A stretch of 64,000 nt of DNA from Candidatus Omnitrophota bacterium (GTDB taxonomy: Bacteria; Omnitrophota; Gorgyraeia; 1-14-0-20-64-10): positions 18,674 to 82,673 of the forward strand of contig JACOVG010000004.1 in assembly GCA_016177405.1 (NCBI GenBank), given 5' to 3'. The notes under the pieces were generated by a model. That model was not told the DNA's origin. It was given only the letters and a program-made list of their open reading frames with translations, and ran no database searches. This document shows positions 17,317 to 28,134 of this stretch, in pieces; the first letter of the stretch is position 1, and each line of letters opens with the position of its first letter. The position numbers and the translations under genes are program-made.

Positions 17317-17856
17317 CTAAGAAACCTTGATCGTCTGTTGGCCGGGGCGCCAGCTCGCCGGGCAAAGCTCGCCGCTTTGCAGGGCATCCAGAACCCGAAG
17401 CACCTCCTCCGGGTTTCGCCCGATCCGCAAGTCGGTGGCCATCGCGAAGCGGATCACCCCCTGCGGGTCCACGATGAAGCAGGCCCGCTGGGCCACCCCT
17501 TCGTTGCGGTCGATCACCCCCAGGGCCGCCGACAGCTCTCTCTTCACGTCGGAGAGCATCGGATAGGGCAGTGTGGCGAGCTCCTCCTTCTGCTGTCTCC
17601 AGGCCAGATGGACAAACTCCGAATCGGTGCTCGCCCCCAGAAGCTGCGCGTTGCGCTTGGCAAACTCGCCGTGGAGCTTGCCGAAGCCGACGATCTCGGT
17701 GGGGCAGACGAAGGTGAAGTCCTTCGGCCAGAAAAAGAGCACCAGCCACTTCCCGGGATAAGAATCGTTGGCCGTCTCCCGGAAGGCCTCCTTCAGGTTG
17801 TTCGAAACAACCCCCTTCAGACGGAAGGGGGGGAACTTATCTCCGACACCCAGCAT
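17317..17856 (-). CDS. ahpC: Peroxiredoxin AhpC
   Basis: PKDFTFVCPTEI, GELCPASW. Confidence 0.95.
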   Translation of the reverse strand: MLGVGDKFPPFRLKGVVSNNLKEAFRETANDSYPGKWLVLFFWPKDFTFVCPTEIVGFGKLHGEFAKRNAQLLGASTDSEFVHLAWRQQKEELATLPYPMLSDVKRELSAALGVIDRNEGVAQRACFIVDPQGVIRFAMATDLRIGRNPEEVLRVLDALQSGELCPASWRPGQQTIKVS

Positions 17857-17916
17857 GGTTTGTCTCCTTTTTGTTTTTCCTGGTTCTACAGTACCCGACG
17901 GGGTATAATAAGTCCA

Positions 17917-17953
17917 ATCGATTTTTCTTATACAACCGATAGGATATATCTAT
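17917..17953. promoter_or_regulatory. OxyR binding site
   Basis: ATCG-N7-TTAT-N7-ATAG-N7-CTAT between divergent ahpC and oxyR. Confidence 0.85.
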
Positions 17954-17954
17954 C

Positions 17955-18851
17955 ATGGAACTTCAACCGCTTCGCTACGCCGTCCTCCTGGCCCAGGAGC
18001 TCCACTTCGGGAAGGCGGCCCAGCGGGCCAACGTCACCCAGCCGACCCTAAGCCAGGGGATCAAGAAGCTGGAGGGGGAGCTGGGGGCGGTTCTCTTTGA
18101 GCGCGCGAGGCGGGGGGTGCGTCTGACCGCCTCCGGCAAGCGTTTCCTTCCCAAGATCGTTCCCGTGCTGGACCGGCTTGCCGGCGCCGTGGACAGCCTC
18201 AAAGGGGAAGCCCGGGAGGCCTCCGGGCCCATCCGAGTGGGAGTCATTCCGACCCTCTGTCCCTATCTCATGCCGGGGGTGGTGATGGAGCTTAAGAAAT
18301 CGGCGCCCAAGATCTCTCTCGCCATCCACGAAGAGACCACCTCCGTCTTGGTCGATCACCTCAAGTCAGGCCAGCTGGACCTCGGGGTTCTGGCCCTGCC
18401 GATCGTCGAGCGGGGAGTTTCAACTCTTTCCATCTGCAAGGAGACGTTTTACCTGGCCGTTCCCAGGAGGCATCGTCTGGCTGGGAAAAAGCGCGTCACC
18501 CCGGAGGAGGTCGCGAGGGAGAGGGTCTTGATCCTGCAGGAGGGGCACTGCTTCAGAAGGCAGTCCCTGGCCTACTGCAAGCTGTCGGCCAGGGACCCCA
18601 GGGTCATCTTCCAGGGAAGCTCGTTGAGCTCGGTCCTGAATCTTACGGCCGCCGGCGAGGGGGTCACCTTCGCGCCCCGGATGGCGGCCGACCATCGCCT
18701 GTACCCTGGGATTCGATTCGTCCGCTTTGCCGACCCCGAGCCCGCGCGCGAGCTGGGGATCATCTGGCGCTCGACCTCCGCCTGGAGCCGCGCCCACGAG
18801 GCCGTGACCGACGCGGTGAAGAAGGTTTTAAGGGAAAGGGCGGCCGGCTAG
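17955..18851 (+). CDS. oxyR: LysR regulator OxyR
   Basis: LysR HTH; GHCFRRQSLAYC redox Cys pair; divergent from ahpC. Confidence 0.92.
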   Translation: MELQPLRYAVLLAQELHFGKAAQRANVTQPTLSQGIKKLEGELGAVLFERARRGVRLTASGKRFLPKIVPVLDRLAGAVDSLKGEAREASGPIRVGVIPTLCPYLMPGVVMELKKSAPKISLAIHEETTSVLVDHLKSGQLDLGVLALPIVERGVSTLSICKETFYLAVPRRHRLAGKKRVTPEEVARERVLILQEGHCFRRQSLAYCKLSARDPRVIFQGSSLSSVLNLTAAGEGVTFAPRMAADHRLYPGIRFVRFADPEPARELGIIWRSTSAWSRAHEAVTDAVKKVLRERAAG

Positions 18852-20500
18852 GGCTTCTTGCGTTTCGCGAGAAAGAGAAGAAGAGCGGCGCCGGCCGCGA
18901 GAAGCCAAAGCCAGCCGAGGCCCCGGCCGGGCTCGGCCTTCCGGGCCGCCTTGACAAATTCCTCCTTGAGCGCCGCGGTCTCGCTCGTCAGGACGAGCTT
19001 GCCGCTGTTGGCCTGGGCGATCAGCTGAAGCTGTTTGCGGGTCGCCGGGTCGTTCTCCACCCCCAGGCCAATCAGCGTGAAGTCAATCCCCTCCATGGAA
19101 ACCTTGAAGTCCATCTTGGCAAGCAACAGCCCAACCCATTCGAAGCCGGTGTGCCCCTCGCCGAACTGCTGAACCTTGGTAAAGTAGGTGCCGGCGTCCA
19201 GCGAGATGTAGGAGGTCTGTTCCCATCTGTAAATGCTCTCGACCGGCTTGCCCTGCGCGTCAAGGAATTCCAGCGTGTAGGCGCCGGATGACGGCCCGGC
19301 GGGCGCCATGACAAATCGGCTAATGACCAAACTCGGCTCTTTGAGCTCGAACCGGAAGAAGTCGACATCCTCCTCCGGGATGAGTTGGAATTTCACCACG
19401 CTGTTCAACTCAATGGCCCTGGCCGTTTCCAGGGTGTCGTTCGGCTCGCTTGAGTCGGTCTCCGGCATGAGGGAGAGCGAGGCGTAGAGGGGCTTCACCG
19501 ATTCCTCGCCAAGCGCCTCGTAGCGGCTTTTGAGCCGAAGAAGGCCCGAGCCCTTGGGCACCCTTTGGACCCATCGGCCGGAGGTCAGGACCTTGCCCTC
19601 CTCGTCCAGCCACTCCGGGGTGAGGGCCAGATCCATCCCTGGGTGCGGCGAGACGGTGAGCCAGGCGTAGCCGGCCTCCGGGGCCTCGAACCGGAAGAGA
19701 TCCCGATCTCCTGCCGGCAGGATCCAGAAAGGAACCAGCTCGTCCCAGTCAACCTTCCGGGCGGCGGCGGGGGTGTCGTTGGGTTCCGAGGGATCCAGCT
19801 CCTCCATAAGGGAGAACTCCAGCGACACCGGCTGGCCGGACCAGCCGCTGAACTTGGAAAAGAGCTTGGCGTAATGGGCGCCGGCTGGAAGTTTTTCCGT
19901 GAGGGTTTCTCCCTCCGCGCTTTCCGGTTTTCCCGACGCGTTAAGGAGCTGGACCTTGGCGTAGAGATTGCTTGCGGGGCTCTTCAGCTTCACGCGCAAA
20001 TAGCCGGGTTTCTCAAGCTCAAAACGAAAAAGATCTTCGTCCCCCGGCGGGAGAAGCCAGGAGGTTATCGGCTCGCCGAGTTTGACCGGGCGGGCCTGGG
20101 AAATTTGGCCGTTCGGTTCGGAGGGATCCTCCTCCGGCACAAACTCTATCCAAAAGGTGAACGGCTTGTCCGAGGCGGCATTGAAGCGATCCAGCACCTT
20201 GACCTGATACCGGCCGGGCTGGGCCCGGAAAACCGGATTCTTTTGGATGTACTGAAGCTTGCTTTCCCCCTGCCAGAAGGCCGCCTCCGGATAAAGCGAG
20301 GTGGGAACCTTGTCAAAGCGGACCACGAGGTAGCCGGTCCGCTCCACCTCAACCGTCACCTCTTCCTGCTTGCCCTTCTGGTTGAGCAGGATCTCCCTTT
20401 TTTCCCCAAAGGCCGCCTGCGGCGGCTCGGCGATGGGCTGGGCGGAAGGCAAGGCCATCCAGGCCCAGGCCGCCAGCGCAAGCCACCTCATTGTTCTCAT
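18848..20500 (-). CDS. Exported protein with PPC-like repeats, a vWA C-terminal fragment and a C-terminal membrane anchor
   Basis: Signal peptide; three DxSEPN(D/G)...D.D.FRFE repeats; TM plus basic tail at the C-terminus; ATG 20500 overlaps the upstream stop. Confidence 0.7.
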   Translation of the reverse strand: MRTMRWLALAAWAWMALPSAQPIAEPPQAAFGEKREILLNQKGKQEEVTVEVERTGYLVVRFDKVPTSLYPEAAFWQGESKLQYIQKNPVFRAQPGRYQVKVLDRFNAASDKPFTFWIEFVPEEDPSEPNGQISQARPVKLGEPITSWLLPPGDEDLFRFELEKPGYLRVKLKSPASNLYAKVQLLNASGKPESAEGETLTEKLPAGAHYAKLFSKFSGWSGQPVSLEFSLMEELDPSEPNDTPAAARKVDWDELVPFWILPAGDRDLFRFEAPEAGYAWLTVSPHPGMDLALTPEWLDEEGKVLTSGRWVQRVPKGSGLLRLKSRYEALGEESVKPLYASLSLMPETDSSEPNDTLETARAIELNSVVKFQLIPEEDVDFFRFELKEPSLVISRFVMAPAGPSSGAYTLEFLDAQGKPVESIYRWEQTSYISLDAGTYFTKVQQFGEGHTGFEWVGLLLAKMDFKVSMEGIDFTLIGLGVENDPATRKQLQLIAQANSGKLVLTSETAALKEEFVKAARKAEPGRGLGWLWLLAAGAALLLFLAKRKKP

Positions 20501-23205
20501 CGGGACTCCGTCATGAGGTTGCCCAGATCGGTCAAGGCGTCGCCTCTTCTCTTTCGCAGGGAACGCCTCCACGGGTCGGCCCGGCGCTTCAAGGCCAGGG
20601 CGGCCGCCGGATCGTCCCGGCTGCTGGCGCTTAATCTCTTCTCGGCAACCGGCTTGGCATCCAGGATCCAGCCGTACTCCTTGCCGGCGGGGTTCGGCAC
20701 CGCCTGCCAGCGCCGCTCGATGAGAACCACCTCGGCATCGCCCCCGCCCAAGGGTTTTTCCATGTAGCGGTTTTCCACGAGATCCCTTCCCTCCACCCGG
20801 TAGCCCCGCCAGAGGCCGGGGTCGGCCAAGAAGCGCTCTCCGCCGGCAGGGGCTGGGCCGCCGGGACCGGCAAAGGAAACCGGATCGAAAGAAGGGGGAG
20901 GAACCTTGCCCGCCTCGGAGCTGGAGATGTAGGTGAGCCCCGGATAATCGGCCAGGGACGCCGTCCCGCCGCCGCAGGTCTCGGCCCCGTCGCTTAGGCA
21001 GATCAGGGAGCGGTTTCGGCTGCCGGCGTGGGCAGCAAGATAGCGGCTGGCCTCTCCCAGGGCCTCCACAAGGGGTGTCCCCTGGGCCGCGGAAAGGCCG
21101 GAGATCGCAGACAGGGCAGCGCTCTTATCCTTGGTGAAGCCGACGGCAGGCACGGTGATGGAACCGCAGTCGGTGAAGTATCCGACCGCCACCTCGGCAT
21201 CCCTGGAGCCCGCCAGCGCCTTCACCGCGGCCGCGGCCGCGGCCTTGGCCTTCTCGAGCTTGCCCTCCTCCCCCATGCTGCCGGAGGAATCGATCAGGAT
21301 GAAGGTGGAGGAGCTGGCGGTTTCGCGGCCGGCAGGCGGCGGGGCCGGGAGAGGTTTGGGGGGCGCGGGCGGCTCGGGTTCTTCCTCCTTCTTCTCCTTC
21401 TTGACCTGGATGCGGTGACTCTGGTCGGCTCCGCCGCCGGGCGGCTCGTACCCGTCCCAGCTTAAACTCTCCTTGTTGAGCTTGGGGACCGTCTGCGGGT
21501 TGGAATCGAGCCCCAGCCGGTCCGGGGAAACCGCCGTCACGCTCACCGGCAGGGTAAAGACCTCCCCGGCCATCGAGTCGTCAACGGCGACGCGGTCCAC
21601 CCGGCCGATCACCTGCCTGCGTTCGTCGGTCGGCTCATTCAGGCGGGCCGCGGCCCCCCCCACCTGAAGCTGGGCCGCGCCGTCAATCTCCCTGGAGAAG
21701 ACCAGTCGAACCTGCAGAGGGCCGAACCCCGTTTCGTCCTTGCCAAGCTCGATGGTATTGGAGTCGAGGACCGAAAGGTTTCTCGCGCCGGCCCCGTCGT
21801 CCCACCGGGCATGGTAAAGGGTTCCTCCCCCATCCAGCCGGTCGATCTGAATCTCCCGCAAAAAAGGCGGCTCGGAGACGGCCGCGGCCACGGCAAGCTC
21901 GGTCACGTCGGTGTCCGGATTCGCCGCCACCAGGAGGACCCTGTTCGTCCGGTCGGTGTAGAAGCCGTATTGCTCGACGGTGTGCTCGGCGGCGAGCTCG
22001 CCGGCGGCGAAACGGATCTCATCCACGCCGACGACGTCCCTCATCGCGGCCCCGGTGAAGCTGATTACCCGGGCCGACAAGCTGTCCCGGGGAGTTTTCC
22101 TGCGCAGGACAAGGTGCAGGCGGGTCGAGGTGGCCTGGCCGCCCGGGGGGACAAACTCCACGTAGGCGGCCGAATAGGGCTCCAGGTTAAAGGAGGCGCT
22201 CCGAATGCTGTTGGCGCTCCATTCCTTGAAGTACCAGTCGCGGGTCCGCTCGCGGGGCGCCACCTCCTGCGCGATCTCACCGCCCCGCCGGAAGCTCCAA
22301 GGGGCCCGGCTCTTCAGGGCCACGGCCACGGAAAAGTTGGTGAAGTAGCGGTCGAAATCGGCCGTCTCCAGCACGCCCCGCAGGATCTGCATGCTCAACT
22401 TGCCGGCGTTGCCCGGCACCTCATCCCAGATCTCCCGGATTACCCCGGCTCCGTTCGGGTGGTGCTCGCTTAGATATTTAAAGTAGATCGCCCCGCCATA
22501 GGGCATGAGGCGAACCGCGGCGTCGCTGGGGTCGTACCGCTTGAGACTCGTGCCGTCGGACCAAAGGGGATACCAGGCGGGCATGTGCCTTAGGAAGGAG
22601 CCGATCTCCGGGGCGGCCGGCAGGCGCTCATCCTCGGACCAGGCCGCCGTGGCCTCCCACATCCACCGCAGGTCCGAGCTGTAGCGGGGGTCGTAAAAGT
22701 GCTGGAGGAAATGGAAAAACTCGTGGGTGCACATGCTTCTCACGAAATCGATGTTCCCGGGCTGGGCCAGGTCGTACCAGCGGATGTCGAAATAGGGGTT
22801 GACGTTCTTGACGGAGAGCCGGTAGAAGCCGGCGGCCCACTCCTCGCCCGGGCCCATCGAGGTTCTTAGATAAACCGCCACCCGGCTGTTGTCGGCCCAG
22901 GCGGGATGCCGCCACCCCTGCCCGTGGAAGAAATCCCAGGCCTCCTCCAGGGTGTCGCCCACCAGGATGGCGTAGGCGTTGGGGATGGTGTCCCTGTCGT
23001 AATAGAGGACGAAGTTCCGGGTCAGCCGCACCAGGTTGTAGACGCGGCCGTCCGGGCCCGTGAAGTTGATGACGGCTTGCTTGGCGGGCTCCTCTTGGGC
23101 GGCGAGGGGGACGGGAAAGAGCGACCCTGCCCAGAGGAGAAAAAGGGCCGCTGTGAAAAAGCGCCTACTCGGTCTTGTCGGGCTTGGCCTCAAGGCCTGT
23201 CTCAA
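20497..23205 (-). CDS. Secreted zinc metallopeptidase-like protein with vWA (MIDAS) domain
   Basis: Signal peptide, THEFFHFLQ..WMWEATAAW, Pro-rich linker, IDSSGSM..GTPL..LSDGAETCGG. Confidence 0.75.
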   Translation of the reverse strand: MRQALRPSPTRPSRRFFTAALFLLWAGSLFPVPLAAQEEPAKQAVINFTGPDGRVYNLVRLTRNFVLYYDRDTIPNAYAILVGDTLEEAWDFFHGQGWRHPAWADNSRVAVYLRTSMGPGEEWAAGFYRLSVKNVNPYFDIRWYDLAQPGNIDFVRSMCTHEFFHFLQHFYDPRYSSDLRWMWEATAAWSEDERLPAAPEIGSFLRHMPAWYPLWSDGTSLKRYDPSDAAVRLMPYGGAIYFKYLSEHHPNGAGVIREIWDEVPGNAGKLSMQILRGVLETADFDRYFTNFSVAVALKSRAPWSFRRGGEIAQEVAPRERTRDWYFKEWSANSIRSASFNLEPYSAAYVEFVPPGGQATSTRLHLVLRRKTPRDSLSARVISFTGAAMRDVVGVDEIRFAAGELAAEHTVEQYGFYTDRTNRVLLVAANPDTDVTELAVAAAVSEPPFLREIQIDRLDGGGTLYHARWDDGAGARNLSVLDSNTIELGKDETGFGPLQVRLVFSREIDGAAQLQVGGAAARLNEPTDERRQVIGRVDRVAVDDSMAGEVFTLPVSVTAVSPDRLGLDSNPQTVPKLNKESLSWDGYEPPGGGADQSHRIQVKKEKKEEEPEPPAPPKPLPAPPPAGRETASSSTFILIDSSGSMGEEGKLEKAKAAAAAAVKALAGSRDAEVAVGYFTDCGSITVPAVGFTKDKSAALSAISGLSAAQGTPLVEALGEASRYLAAHAGSRNRSLICLSDGAETCGGGTASLADYPGLTYISSSEAGKVPPPSFDPVSFAGPGGPAPAGGERFLADPGLWRGYRVEGRDLVENRYMEKPLGGGDAEVVLIERRWQAVPNPAGKEYGWILDAKPVAEKRLSASSRDDPAAALALKRRADPWRRSLRKRRGDALTDLGNLMTESR

Positions 23206-24055
23206 CGCTCACCTCACGCAGCCCCACGTTCTTCAAGGAGATCTCCGTGAAGAAATCCACCCTGCCGTACTCTTCCTTGACCAGCCGCAGGTCCTCGGGC
23301 TTGACCTCCCCCTTGGGAACCGGCGCGAAAAGCTCCTGGGTGATGGAGGTGGCGTGCTTGAGCTTGGAGAGAACCTCTTCTCCCTCGGAGAGGACCACCG
23401 ACTTCTTGCCGGCAAAGGCCACCTCGATGCCGTCTTGACCGGTTTGCTCGGCGAGGGTCAAGCTCCCAGAGGGGATCAGGCGGATGCTGAAGGTCTTGGC
23501 CACCGAATCGTTCAGCCCCAGCTCCAGGCTCTCGGGCCGCTGGCTGTAGACCGGCAGCGCGAGCTGGGCAGGATACTGGCTGAAAACGTAGTAGTTGGCG
23601 AGACTCCCCTCCCGGCCCTTCCCCTCGTAGCGGATGGCGTGAATGAGAAAGAGCTTGGCCTCCTTGGCCAGATCCATGCCGGGCTTGTCCAGGAAGAGGC
23701 GAAACTCCTTCTCCTGGGTCCCGGCGGCGATCGAAGCGGCGACCTCTTCGGGCACCAGGATCCGGCTGCCGGCCATGCGAAAGGCGGGAGGCTGGGCCGG
23801 GGAATCGGAGATGAAGAGAAGCTCCTCGAAGCCGTCCCGGTTGACCTCGTTGAGCTCCAGGTAGAAGACCTTGTGGGCCTCCTCGGCAGGCGGGGCGGGT
23901 TCCTGGCTTACCGGCTCGGGAGGAGCCGGCTCCGCCACAGTCTGCGGCGGGGGCTCTTCTCGCGCGGCAGGCGGAGCCGATGGCCCGCGGGCGAGAAGCC
24001 AGCACCCGCCGAGGGCCGCCACCGCCACCGCTATCGCGATCTTCCAGCGAGACAT
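23165..24055 (-). CDS. Hypothetical protein with N-terminal membrane anchor and Pro/Glu linker
   Basis: N-terminal hydrophobic segment; first gene of the peptidase operon. Confidence 0.65.
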   Translation of the reverse strand: MSRWKIAIAVAVAALGGCWLLARGPSAPPAAREEPPPQTVAEPAPPEPVSQEPAPPAEEAHKVFYLELNEVNRDGFEELLFISDSPAQPPAFRMAGSRILVPEEVAASIAAGTQEKEFRLFLDKPGMDLAKEAKLFLIHAIRYEGKGREGSLANYYVFSQYPAQLALPVYSQRPESLELGLNDSVAKTFSIRLIPSGSLTLAEQTGQDGIEVAFAGKKSVVLSEGEEVLSKLKHATSITQELFAPVPKGEVKPEDLRLVKEEYGRVDFFTEISLKNVGLREVSVETGLEAKPDKTE

Positions 24056-24109
24056 GTGCACTAACCCCATTCTATCAGATTTGCTCCGCGCGCCAAAGAA
24101 TCCAGGGGG

Positions 24110-24883
24110 TCAGAAGCTCCAGGTGAGGCCCGCGGTCGCGCGGAGATCCGGGCTCGCGTCGGTGAATCCGATCCCGATGCCGGCGTCCAGCGCCAGATGG
24201 GGCGAGAGATTGCAGATGAAGCCCGCGAGTCCCTCCAAAAGATCGTCGGAGGCCGCGGGATCGGAGTTGGTCTGGCCGATCAGCTCGGCCTCAAGGACCC
24301 ATCGCCGGTTGAGGGCATACTCGCCGGCCAGGCTGTAAGAGATGCTGTTGTCCTTGTCCGCCCCTTTGGGCTCTCCTGTCCAGGTGTAGCCGAGGTTCCC
24401 ATGGAGCGTGGCCTTTCCAAGCCTTTTGGAGCCGGAGAGGTAGAGACTGTAATCCCGCTCGCCGGTCCCCAGTCCCTTATCCTCGTTGCCGGAGGCGCTC
24501 TTCACCGACGCCGCCAGCGACAGGGCCGGATGGAGGGGGCCCTCCGGAAGAAATCCCCACTCCGGATAGAGAATAATGTCGCCGGGGCCGTCAACGTCCT
24601 GCTCGACAACCGGGTCCAGGAAGGTGTAGGGGGTCTCGACGCTTAACTCGAAACCCATCGGCAGTCCCACCCCGATGTCCAGGTTGAGGCTGGCCTGGCG
24701 GTCGCCGGTGTCCTGCTTGGTGTAGACCGCCCCGGCCGCCAGCGCGAAGGTTCCTTCCTCTAAGGTGTAGCCGTCCTCGGTGGAAAGGGGGCGGTTGGCG
24801 ACAAAGGCCTGGGCGGGATCCGGCAGGATCGCCGAAAGAAGGGCCGCGGCAGCCAGGAGGCGTTTCTTGAGGGGACAACTCAT
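24110..24883 (-). CDS. Outer-membrane beta-barrel, MetA-pathway/'transporter' type
   Basis: Signal peptide, RPLSTED, GLGTG, HGNLGY, terminal TWSF. Confidence 0.75.
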   Translation of the reverse strand: MSCPLKKRLLAAAALLSAILPDPAQAFVANRPLSTEDGYTLEEGTFALAAGAVYTKQDTGDRQASLNLDIGVGLPMGFELSVETPYTFLDPVVEQDVDGPGDIILYPEWGFLPEGPLHPALSLAASVKSASGNEDKGLGTGERDYSLYLSGSKRLGKATLHGNLGYTWTGEPKGADKDNSISYSLAGEYALNRRWVLEAELIGQTNSDPAASDDLLEGLAGFICNLSPHLALDAGIGIGFTDASPDLRATAGLTWSF

Positions 24884-24924
24884 CGGCAGTTGATATAATA
24901 CCTTCAAATCGAAAGGAGGCCAAC

Positions 24925-25032
24925 ATGGGCTGTGGAACCAGGAGCTGCGGATCGATGAAGAAGTCCTCTTGTTCGTCGGGGAAATCCAGGAAGGCGAAGC
25001 CTAAGAAGAGCGGCAAATCCCGCCGGAAGTAA
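24925..25032 (+). CDS. 35-aa Cys/Lys/Ser-rich small protein (not in ORF track)
   Basis: MGCGTRSCGSMKKSSCSSGKSRKAKPKKSGKSRRK; GAAAGGAGG SD; TGaTATAAT at 24891-24899. Confidence 0.6.
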   Translation: MGCGTRSCGSMKKSSCSSGKSRKAKPKKSGKSRRK

Positions 25033-25038
25033 TTTAGC

Positions 25039-26293
25039 TTATCTTCGGCGCCACCTTTCCCTTCCGTGGCGCGGGGGGGCTCCGTGGCGCCCGGCAGAGC
25101 CGTGGGAAACAGCTCCGCGGTGCCGCTCTTCCTGGCCCCGCCGGTAGTTGAAGTGGGGCAGGGTCACCCGCGGCAGGGTCCGGTGGAGCGTCTGTTCGAT
25201 GTCGGCCACCAGCGGCTCCTCGATTTTGTCCATCAGGGTGAAGGCATCTCCCGTGGCCTCGGCCCGGGCGGTCCGGCCGATCCGGTGGATGTAGTCGTCG
25301 GGGCTGGCGGGCACATCAAAATTGATCACGTGGCTGATCTCCTCCACGTCGATGCCCCGCGCCGCGATGTCGGTGGCCACCATCACCTGCGTGTCGCCGT
25401 AGCGGAACCGGTCCAGCGCCTCCAGCCGCTGGCCCTGGCTGCGGTCCCCGTGCAGGACCGAAACCCGCAGGCCCCGCCTGGCCAGGTCGTGCGAGAGCCG
25501 CTCGGCGGACCGTTTGGTCCGGGCAAAAACCAGCACCGAGGTCATCTCCGCCCCCCGCAGGAGCTCCACCAGGAGATCCGTCTTCAGGTGGCGCGCCACC
25601 GGGTAGACGGCGTGCCGGATGCCGACGGCCGGCGACGAGCGCTGGCCGACCTGCACGGTGACCGGATGGCGGAGAAACTGATTCGCCAGCTTCAAGATCT
25701 CCGGCGGCATGGTGGCGGAGAACATCAGGCTCTGCCTCTTGGTGGGCAGCAGGTGGAGGATCTTCCCGATGTCCGGCAGGAAGCCCATGTCCAGCATCCG
25801 GTCGGCCTCGTCGAGCACCAGCACCTGCAGGTCCACGAAATCGATCCGCCCGGAGTAGATGTGGTCCAAGAGCCTCCCCGGTGTGGCCGAAATGATGTCC
25901 ACCCCCTTCTCCAGGGCCGAGATCTGCGGATTCATCGGGACCCCGCCGAAGATCGCCGCCCCTTTCAAATGAACGTAGCGGGAGAGGGCCTTCAGGTGGT
26001 CCATGGATTGAAGCGCCAGCTCCCGGGTCGGGGCGATGATCAGGGCCCGCGGGTGCTTGCCGCTTTTGCCGGCAAGCAGCTGGTGAAGGATGGGCAGCAC
26101 GAAGGCGGCGGTCTTTCCCGTTCCGGTCTGGGCGCAGCCGATCAGATCCCGGCCCTCCAGAATCAGGGGAATGGCCTGCGCCTGGATCGGGGTGGGATGG
26201 AGAAATCCGAGATCGTGGATTCCCTTCAAGAGGTTGGGGTGAAGATTCAGCGCCTCGAACCGGGTCTTCCCTTCCTCCGCTTCCATAGGGGTA

Positions 26294-26304
<11 letters not shown>
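25039..26304 (-). CDS. rhlE: DEAD-box RNA helicase (RhlE-like)
   Basis: AQTGTGKT, PTRELA, LDEADRMLDMGF, SAT, HRIGRTAR. Confidence 0.9.
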
Positions 26305-28120
<1,816 letters not shown>

Positions 28121-28134
28121 GGAGAGCGCCGGCT

